Counted from the stretch's first letter, positions 1 to 5,983 are shown. The stretch is DNA of 13,415 bases from Verrucomicrobiota bacterium (GCA_045046875.1 JASFYY010000159.1:1-13415), one strand, 5' to 3'. Numbers and translations are program-made. The notes: generated by a model not told the origin, from the sequence alone.

Positions 1-16
1 AGTATGTTTTTTTCAT
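1..16 (-). CDS. Possible 5' end of a divergent gene running off the left edge (MKKTY...)
   Basis: The reverse complement of 1-16 reads ATG AAA AAA ACA TAC, a typical signal-peptide N-region start, preceded by an A/C-rich leader (aactaacgataacacc). Only 5 codons are visible. Confidence 0.3.
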
Positions 17-206
17 GGTGTTATCGTTAGTTCATTGTTTATGTCTTGCAGCTCCCGACCGACGGTTGGGTGACTGCGTTAAACATGTGGCTCTGTTCCA
101 GGCAACCGGAATAGCCCACGAGAAATTGAACAACGATGACACCTGTCTTTTCAATACAAATGTGCGGCTGATCAACTTTCATCAGCCATAAGATCTCGCC
201 TGAAAG

Positions 207-1223
207 ATGACCCACCTCGAACATGCTCGTGATAGCTTCTTTGATCTGCGACCAAAGGACAAAGTTCTCGTAGATCAAATGCCGTATATCGTCGATAGCG
301 AAGCTCGCGGAGGGATGGGGTGTATTCTGCTTCTCTGGAAAGATTCCGAGCGCGTCCAGCACTCGCTCAGCGCCTTCGGCCTAAAACTAGCCCTGAAAGC
401 AGTGCTCCCCGAAGTAGCAGACGAGGATGGTATTGCTCTTTTCCGGCGGGAACTAACCGTCTGGTCTGCTTTTCAGCACGCCAATATAGTCCGTTTGCTC
501 GCGATTGTTGATGGCGGTGACGCTGGTTGGATCGCAGCTATGGACTGGTGTCCGGGCTCACTGCGCGACATCCTTGACGAGAGAGGCGCATTATCAGTCG
601 AAGATGCCACCAACGTCATTGGCAACCTTTCAGATGGACTTAGCCATGCCTACACGCAGGATCAAGTGCTTCACCTTGACCTTAAGCCGGAGAATGTCCT
701 ATACCATCTTGATTTCGCTCGCCTCATGAGTGAATCGAAGGTCGCTGAGGATTCACTCTCTCAATATCGTTTTATGGTTTCCGATTGGGGAATTGCATCG
801 ATTAAACAGCCTCAACTCAATGCAATTGCCGGATTGCCGCCTACTGCAGCTGCCGCCCAACGAACATTCAACAATATGGGGACACTGCTTTACATGGCTC
901 CTGAGCGGTTCAAGGAGGGCTATTCTTCATCAATACCATCTGACATGTTTTCCCTCGGCATGATGTATTTGGAAATGTTGGTAGGCCATTTGCCGTTTCG
1001 CCAACATGTTCACCCTGTCCAGTCACTTATAACCGGGCAATATCTTCAGGACAGCACCTTACTCCTAAAGCGCAAGAAAGTCCCCAAACCGATTGTCAGC
1101 GTGATACTGTCGTTGATCGCGTTTACGCCCGCGGAGAGGCCACAGAGTTACCCGATTTTCCGAAAGCAACTTGTCAGAGCATCGAGCAAGACAAACGGAA
1201 TTTTCTCTAAGATTTTTAACTAA
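207..1223 (+). CDS. Hanks-type Ser/Thr protein kinase, kinase domain only (338 aa)
   Basis: Gly loop ARGGMG, ALK lysine, alphaC Glu (FRRE), catalytic loop HLDLKPENVL, DWG (DFG equivalent), GTLLYMAPE, SDMFSLG and the terminal R (PAERP). No TM or extracellular domain. Confidence 0.95.
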   Translation: MTHLEHARDSFFDLRPKDKVLVDQMPYIVDSEARGGMGCILLLWKDSERVQHSLSAFGLKLALKAVLPEVADEDGIALFRRELTVWSAFQHANIVRLLAIVDGGDAGWIAAMDWCPGSLRDILDERGALSVEDATNVIGNLSDGLSHAYTQDQVLHLDLKPENVLYHLDFARLMSESKVAEDSLSQYRFMVSDWGIASIKQPQLNAIAGLPPTAAAAQRTFNNMGTLLYMAPERFKEGYSSSIPSDMFSLGMMYLEMLVGHLPFRQHVHPVQSLITGQYLQDSTLLLKRKKVPKPIVSVILSLIAFTPAERPQSYPIFRKQLVRASSKTNGIFSKIFN

Positions 1224-1231
1224 TAACAGAT

Positions 1232-1963
1232 ATGGGACTATTCGACTTTCTAAAGCCAAAGAAAAAGCCACTGAGCGACTTCGCCGACAATCCCGCTATT
1301 CGCAACGTCATGGCAGGAATGGAACTCGAATACCTCCAAAAGCAGGTAGGCAACTTAGATGCAGTCGGTAGACCTGAAGATGCGAAAAAGGCTGTGCACG
1401 ATTTCATGGAACGATATTCTCGCGATTCATCGGGAAAAGAGTGCAGTCCGCAGGAACTGGCTCAGATTTGTTACACAGCTTCTTACATGTATTTACCGGA
1501 GTTGGTCTTCGAGAGTTGGTCAAATTTCGAGGATCTTTGGTCGAGCAGTCTCCCGTTTTCAGTCTTCCTTGCAGTGACTGTAGCGACACGAATGGAGAAG
1601 CGACTGAGCGCTGACCAGATCCTGCAATTCAAATCAAAACAGGGTAACATAGGCGATGACATTGACTGTTTCTTGATTGAGTATCCCGCGCCTCCGCCAC
1701 AAGAGAATGACCTCGATATGGACGCACTCATCGCAAATATCGGTGCTGGCGCAGTTCCGCCTGTCCTCGGACCCTATTACGCAGTAATATCGCATCGCCA
1801 GCAAACGGAAGAGCGCTGGCTGCACATTCTTGGGCAGTCGCCTGGTAGCGGCACTACAATTCGGGCGGTTTCAGGATCAGGGGCACACGGAAATTGCGGC
1901 CCTGGTCCAGACCCGTCATCCCCAACCGACTTTTTGAGGGCAATCCAGCAATTTGTCACGTAA
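1232..1963 (+). CDS. Hypothetical protein (243 aa), partner of the kinase
   Basis: Long ORF starting 8 nt after the kinase stop, with an N-terminal amphipathic MGLFDFLKPKKK. Its stop lies 8 nt before attC1. Confidence 0.85.
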   Translation: MGLFDFLKPKKKPLSDFADNPAIRNVMAGMELEYLQKQVGNLDAVGRPEDAKKAVHDFMERYSRDSSGKECSPQELAQICYTASYMYLPELVFESWSNFEDLWSSSLPFSVFLAVTVATRMEKRLSADQILQFKSKQGNIGDDIDCFLIEYPAPPPQENDLDMDALIANIGAGAVPPVLGPYYAVISHRQQTEERWLHILGQSPGSGTTIRAVSGSGAHGNCGPGPDPSSPTDFLRAIQQFVT

Positions 1964-1971
1964 ACAAAATC

Positions 1972-2097
1972 GGCGAACAAAGCGCTCCACACCAAGCGCT
2001 GAGCCGCCTCGCAGTTACAAACTCACATAACTCTAACCATCAACCCCTTCGTCAAAGCTCGCGGCCAGCTCAGTGCTGGGTGAGCTCGACGTTCGCT
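1972..2097 (+). other. attC recombination site 1 (126 bp)
   Basis: R'' GGCGAAC (1972-1978), 5-nt spacer, then L'' GCT(C)CAC (1984-1990) pairing with L' GTGAGC (2080-2085) with one extrahelical base and a further unpaired A1991. Inner arm CCAAGCGCTGAGC / GCTCAGTGCTGG, then 5-nt spacer TCGAC and R' GTTCGCT (2091-2097). Confidence 0.85.
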
Positions 2098-2108
2098 AGA
2101 AAAAGGAA

Positions 2109-2136
2109 TCGACCTTCGTTAATCTGGGGTTATATT
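2109..2136 (+). promoter_or_regulatory. Putative sigma70 promoter inside the TA cassette
   Basis: TCGACC (2109-2114), 16-nt spacer, TATATT (2131-2136). The A of the ATG (2143) lies 7 nt after the end of the -10 box. TA cassettes in integrons are known to carry their own promoters. Confidence 0.45.
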
Positions 2137-2142
2137 TTAAAT

Positions 2143-2367
2143 ATGGAATCCGAGCAACAAAGAATTACGATCAATCCTAGGCAGTGCGGAGGTCGGCCGT
2201 GCATTCGGGGGATGAGGATTCGTGTGACGGACGTTCTCGATCTCCTTGCGGCTGGACTCAATTACGAGCAGATTCTTGATGAGATGCCTGACCTGGAGAA
2301 AGAAGATATTACTGCGGCGATCACTTATGCCAAGCAGAGTATTGATCACCCAGTGATTGCGGCATGA
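2143..2367 (+). CDS. DUF433-family putative antitoxin (74 aa)
   Basis: RITINPRQCGGRPCIRGMRIRVTDVLDLLAAG...EQILDEMPDLEKEDITAAITYA matches the characteristic DUF433 pattern. The start is taken at ATG 2143 because the ORF-track start at 1894 runs through attC1. Confidence 0.93.
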   Translation: MESEQQRITINPRQCGGRPCIRGMRIRVTDVLDLLAAGLNYEQILDEMPDLEKEDITAAITYAKQSIDHPVIAA

Positions 2368-2693
2368 TCTGGTTAGATGCGCACCTTTCTCCACGTGTGG
2401 CAGGTTGGATTCAAGACAATCTTGGGCACGACGCTCAAGCGCTTAGAGACATCGGTCTTCGTGATGCCGAAGATGAGGTGATATTTGATCGCGCTCGTCA
2501 GGACGAGATAACCATTCTCACCAAGGACAAGGATTTCGTAGATCTCGTCGGTCGTCTTGGTTCACCGCCTACTGTCATTTGGCTGCGATGCGGGAATACA
2601 TCGGAAGATAGATTGAAGCAGATTCTTACCGATCACTTAGACGAAGCTCTTGATTTCATCGCGTCGGGTGAATCTTTCGTTGAAATACAATGA
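2364..2693 (+). CDS. DUF5615-family PIN-like putative toxin (VapC45-like, 109 aa)
   Basis: MIWLDAHLSP...LRDAEDEVIFDRA...ILTKDKDF...PPTVIWLRCGN matches the PIN-like DUF5615 pattern. ATGA overlap with the DUF433 gene indicates translational coupling. Confidence 0.92.
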   Translation: MIWLDAHLSPRVAGWIQDNLGHDAQALRDIGLRDAEDEVIFDRARQDEITILTKDKDFVDLVGRLGSPPTVIWLRCGNTSEDRLKQILTDHLDEALDFIASGESFVEIQ

Positions 2694-2696
2694 AAC

Positions 2697-2823
2697 AGCG
2701 AACAAAACGCAGCAGAGCAACCCGCTACCGCTCCGCAGTCGAAATCCAAATGAAAACTTTAACCCTCAACTTGAACACGAAGGCTCGCTGCCAGTAGCGG
2801 GTTGCCTGTGCTCGACGTTACCA
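2697..2823 (+). other. attC recombination site 2 (127 bp)
   Basis: R'' AGCGAAC (2697-2703), 5-nt spacer, then L'' GCA(G)CAG pairing with CTGTGC (2806-2811) with extrahelical G2712 and unpaired A2716. Perfect 12-bp arm GCAACCCGCTAC (2717-2728) / GTAGCGGGTTGC (2794-2805), then spacer TCGAC and R' GTTACCA (2817-2823). Shares GCTCGACGTT and loop motifs with attC1. Confidence 0.88.
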
Positions 2824-2866
2824 AGAGCACCAATCACATGCTAAATAGCACATAACAATAGAGAGT

Positions 2867-2901
2867 TGTAGCGAAGGCGTGGCACGAGCCCTTCGACTAC
2901 A
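2867..2901. repeat. GTAG-type REP-like palindrome
   Basis: TGTAG-CGAAGG (2867-2877) pairs with CCTTCG(A)CTACA (2890-2901), with inner CGTG-G-CACG. Both strands begin TGTAG. Confidence 0.5.
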
Positions 2902-2904
2902 CCC

Positions 2905-3008
2905 CTAGAACAATAATAGCTGCACCTGACAATTCAAAGCGGCACTTATTTTGCTAAATAAGTAGCAAAAACATGTCCCTTTGAATCGCTTGCGAGAAGG
3001 CGTTTTCG
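2905..3008 (+). other. Degenerate attC-like site of a different sequence family
   Basis: CTAGAAC...GCTGCAC left boxes, nested perfect 8-bp arms ATTCAAAG (2932-2939) / CTTTGAAT (2979-2986) and TTTTGCTA (2949-2956) / TAGCAAAA (2963-2970), ending GCGAGA-AGGC-GTT (3002) 14 nt before the next ATG. L' and the spacers deviate from canonical. Confidence 0.55.
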
Positions 3009-3015
3009 ACAAAAA

Positions 3016-3453
3016 ATGAGATTAGGGACAGCGAGCGTAATTTTGGTTTTATCCATCTCAGGATGTCATGAGACTGAGGAATCCAGTGGATTGCCAGATG
3101 ACCCATATCCAGGTCTTATTGATGAGGCTTCAAAAAGAGCAAATATGCCACCTGGATTTTCGGATAAATTTAAGCGGCAGTATCTCGAAAGTGTAAATGC
3201 TGAACTTAAAAGTTCTCATTACGACCTCTCGGATCCTGAAAGTCTAGCCAAAATACACAACCTAAGGGCAGGAACTTACTACAATCTCTGGGGAAGCTAT
3301 GGAGTAGATTATTTCGACATTCCTCGCGCCTCAGACTTCGCCCTGCTTAAAGATAGAATGGCGGAAATGCAAAATACGATCCTGGAGAAAGAGATTGAGA
3401 TCAATGACCTAAAACAGCGTATAGCGACGCATGAGAAAAAAACCGCAGAATGA
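3016..3453 (+). CDS. Putative lipoprotein, hypothetical (145 aa)
   Basis: The N-terminus MRLGTASVILVLSISG-C is a basic residue, hydrophobic stretch and lipobox. The C-terminal segment is heptad-rich (coiled-coil-like). Confidence 0.7.
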   Translation: MRLGTASVILVLSISGCHETEESSGLPDDPYPGLIDEASKRANMPPGFSDKFKRQYLESVNAELKSSHYDLSDPESLAKIHNLRAGTYYNLWGSYGVDYFDIPRASDFALLKDRMAEMQNTILEKEIEINDLKQRIATHEKKTAE

Positions 3454-3534
3454 GGCGATGGTGGCAAACACGACAAATGATAACCCTTCGATTCACTCTG
3501 TAACATTGACCGCGCACCGCCCCATCTGTTAACA
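3445..3534 (+). other. Possible decayed attC remnant overlapping the lipoprotein stop
   Basis: GCAGAAT (AAC to AAT), 5 nt, then GATGGTGGC (3457-3465), which can pair with GCCCCATC (3519-3526) with one bulge, followed by GTT at 3528. The right spacer is 1 nt instead of 5. Confidence 0.3.
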
Positions 3535-3681
3535 ATACCAATACAATTATGGCAAACTTGTAATTTGATGGTATTTATAGTGAGCTTGGTATTTTCTATT
3601 TTAGATTCTTCTATCGTTTGAAAAATACGATTTTGCCTTTAGCTACGCTTCCTGAAATTTCAAATCCAACCTGAGATACCC

Positions 3682-5013
3682 ATGAAAACCACACACCGAT
3701 TCCAAACCAAGCTACGGGTATGGTATATTTTTGCGCTGGCATTGATCATCACTACCGGATCCGGCTTGCTGGTTGCTCCTGTTTCTGCCCAGAATGTGTA
3801 TCTTGACGAAAATCAAACGACCAGCTCGCCCAGCTCTTTCCTTCTACCCTATGTCTATAGCTCAGATCAAACCGGTCTAGCCTTCGGCTTGGGTGGTGTT
3901 CGCCGAGGTTATCTGCAACCCCAAGGCATGACCGCCGGAGGGGTTCAGGCTACAGCTAATGGATCTTATGGACTTTTCCTCACGGGAATGAACTACCAAA
4001 TGCCTTTTTTTGACCGCTTATTCCTCGCCCCCTTGTTAACCGTCAACCGTTTTACGTCATTGCGATCTTACCAGGATATCAGTCCCCAATATGGAAATGA
4101 CCGTTCAGGCAGCAACGGCTCAGCTGAGGGTGATTATATTGAGCACAAAGGTTGGGACGTTTACTTGGAGGTCAGAACTAAATGGCTGCTGCCCATTGGC
4201 CATGGCAAAGATGACGTTCTTCACACTTACCGTCTACGCAACGGCCTGTTGCCGGATGACAAAGACGTCACCGGCGGAGTCGCTTTCAATCCCTTTGTCA
4301 GCGGTCGCAGCTATGTCTCCCTCACTCCTTTTTACCGAAGCCAGGAATTCGACAAAGACTTTAGTGATGATTTATTATCCTCTTCCAACGGAATCCAATT
4401 GGGCTTGCTTTGGAACAACAAAGACTTCGAAGCAAGCCCGTCAAAAGGTGAAAAAATCGAATTCATCGTCAAACGTGATTTTGGCTGGTTCGATAGCGAT
4501 GCGTCCTGGACCACTTGGGAAGCCGAGGTCAGTAAGTTCATTTCATTAGGAGAAACATCATGGGCAAGGCAACAGGTTCTTGCGCTTGATTTCTGGACTG
4601 CCGACACCCCGAGCTGGGATAATAACAATGGAACCATTTCTAATCGAGCACCCGATTTTTATTCCCCCAAACTGGGGGGCTTCAATCGCATGAGAGCTTT
4701 CCCCTTTGAACGCTTCAATGACCGGTCTTCAATCTATTATGCAGCCGAATACCGCGTAATTCCCAACTGGAACCCTTTGGCCGATGTTAACTGGATAAAC
4801 AATTGGCTCGACATCGATTGGTGGCAGATCGTACCCTTCGCCGAATTGGGTCGAGTGGCTCCCAGTTATGACCTGGGTGAACTGCACAAAGACATGAAAT
4901 GGGATGCCGGCATCGGCATCCGCTTCATGGCAAAAAAGAATGTGATCCGCCTCGATTGGGCCGCTTCCGCTGAGTCCACCGGACTATGGTTCATGTATGG
5001 GCAAACTTTCTAA
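3682..5013 (+). CDS. Omp85 / BamA-TamA family outer-membrane beta-barrel protein (443 aa)
   Basis: Signal peptide ending PVSA-Q, LPYVYSS..TGLAFG first strands, LGGFNRMRAF (VRGF/Y-like loop-6 motif), amphipathic beta strands and C-terminal YGQTF. Confidence 0.85.
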   Translation: MKTTHRFQTKLRVWYIFALALIITTGSGLLVAPVSAQNVYLDENQTTSSPSSFLLPYVYSSDQTGLAFGLGGVRRGYLQPQGMTAGGVQATANGSYGLFLTGMNYQMPFFDRLFLAPLLTVNRFTSLRSYQDISPQYGNDRSGSNGSAEGDYIEHKGWDVYLEVRTKWLLPIGHGKDDVLHTYRLRNGLLPDDKDVTGGVAFNPFVSGRSYVSLTPFYRSQEFDKDFSDDLLSSSNGIQLGLLWNNKDFEASPSKGEKIEFIVKRDFGWFDSDASWTTWEAEVSKFISLGETSWARQQVLALDFWTADTPSWDNNNGTISNRAPDFYSPKLGGFNRMRAFPFERFNDRSSIYYAAEYRVIPNWNPLADVNWINNWLDIDWWQIVPFAELGRVAPSYDLGELHKDMKWDAGIGIRFMAKKNVIRLDWAASAESTGLWFMYGQTF

Positions 5014-5044
5014 GCTGCGTAGCCTTTAGGCTGCCCCCATTCTT

Positions 5045-5072
5045 ATCCGCGTAAATCCGTGTGATCCGTGGT
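5045..5072. repeat. Short tandem repeat ATCCGYG x3 (9-10 nt period)
   Basis: ATCCGCGTAA ATCCGTGTG ATCCGTGGT lies between two convergent stop codons. Confidence 0.6.
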
Positions 5073-5086
5073 CTAAAGAACTCTCT

Positions 5087-5941
5087 TTATTCAGCAGCTA
5101 ATAACTGAATAAGCTGCCCGTCGATGTGACTCAAAATATCATTGTGCCCTGCCTGCTGCACCGGATGAAATGTCACCAGACCGGCAAAATCCCGTCCCAG
5201 TGATTGCCCCATCGCATAAGGGATCATCTTGTCCTCTTCTCCGTGAAACATCACCACCCGTGCCTGCTCGTTTTTTTGTAAAGCCTGCAATGACTTCACA
5301 TTATCAAAGCGGTGTCGCAGCAGGTAGGCAATCGGCTTGCCCACCACTCGCTCAGCCATCGCCGCCATCGTAGTAAAAGGAGAGATCACCACCACCTCCC
5401 GCACGCCCCGCTCCACCGCCACCTCAAGCGCCACCGCCGCCCCCAGTGAATGCCCCATGCACGACAGACTCTTCTCCAAGTCATCCAGGGGCAACTCCCA
5501 TTCATCCGCTAGCAAGAGCAGGGCGCCCGCCACGCTCTGCTGTATGGTACGCGGATCCGGCCGACCTTCGCTCCACCCGTAACCGGGATAATCTATCAAT
5601 AAAAATCCCACATCCGCCTCTACTGGCACCCTGCGGATCAGCGCCAACCAATCCAACGCCCGCGCTCCATTGCCGCCAAACATCAGCCACACCTTCTGCG
5701 CCCGGTCCTCGCCAAAATACACCGCCTGCTGTTGACCTTGAGATGTTTGAAACGACAACAGCCGGTTCTTCCTGCCCGTCCTCAGCTCCTGCGCCAGAAT
5801 TTGCCCATGCGGACGGGCATAAGCCTGCGGCAAATAGATGATCCTATCTTGGACGAAGTAGAAAAATGCAGCGATGCTGGTCACTCCGAAAATTACGATC
5901 AGTAATGCCATCTTCAATAATCTGCGCCACTTTTTCCCCAT
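5087..5941 (-). CDS. Alpha/beta-fold hydrolase (ABHD13/Bem46-like) with N-terminal membrane anchor
   Basis: FGGNG oxyanion region, DYPGYGWSEG, nucleophile GHSLG, HGEEDKMIP (Asp) and AGHND (His). N-terminal TM helix. Confidence 0.92.
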   Translation of the reverse strand: MGKKWRRLLKMALLIVIFGVTSIAAFFYFVQDRIIYLPQAYARPHGQILAQELRTGRKNRLLSFQTSQGQQQAVYFGEDRAQKVWLMFGGNGARALDWLALIRRVPVEADVGFLLIDYPGYGWSEGRPDPRTIQQSVAGALLLLADEWELPLDDLEKSLSCMGHSLGAAVALEVAVERGVREVVVISPFTTMAAMAERVVGKPIAYLLRHRFDNVKSLQALQKNEQARVVMFHGEEDKMIPYAMGQSLGRDFAGLVTFHPVQQAGHNDILSHIDGQLIQLLAAE

Positions 5942-5983
5942 CGGCTACTCTCTATTCGCTGCAAACCCGCCCAGCCCTTTGTC

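Larger units (their letters stand above)
196..3534 (+). mobile_element. Integron-type gene cassette array with no integrase in the window (CALIN-like)
   Basis: Co-oriented short accessory ORFs are separated by attC sites lying a few nt after stop codons. Two sites are intact and two decayed, and one cassette is a TA pair. No tyrosine recombinase ORF is visible. Outer boundaries are approximate. Confidence 0.75.

Noticed and set aside
3..191. Stop-free + strand frame ending at TAA 189-191, and the minus ORF 39-362
   Set aside because: Neither has a recognisable protein pattern. The minus ORF overlaps the kinase antisense, and the region looks like structured intergenic DNA. A short CDS cannot be fully excluded.
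1894..2142. 83-aa N-terminal extension of the DUF433 ORF in the ORF track
   Set aside because: It starts at a TTG inside the upstream gene and crosses attC1. The DUF433 pattern begins only after ATG 2143.
1972..2823. The two related intergenic palindromes as CRISPR repeats or simple terminators
   Set aside because: They are ~126 bp long, diverged and separated by whole genes, lack U-tails, and show R/L box geometry with extrahelical bases.
2650..2844. 64-aa ORF after the toxin
   Set aside because: It is essentially a translation of attC2 starting from a TTG inside the toxin gene.
3454..3487. Fluoride (crcB) riboswitch suggested by GGCGATGG...TGATAAC
   Set aside because: The TCGCC strand needed for P1 is absent, and the downstream gene is not fluoride-related.
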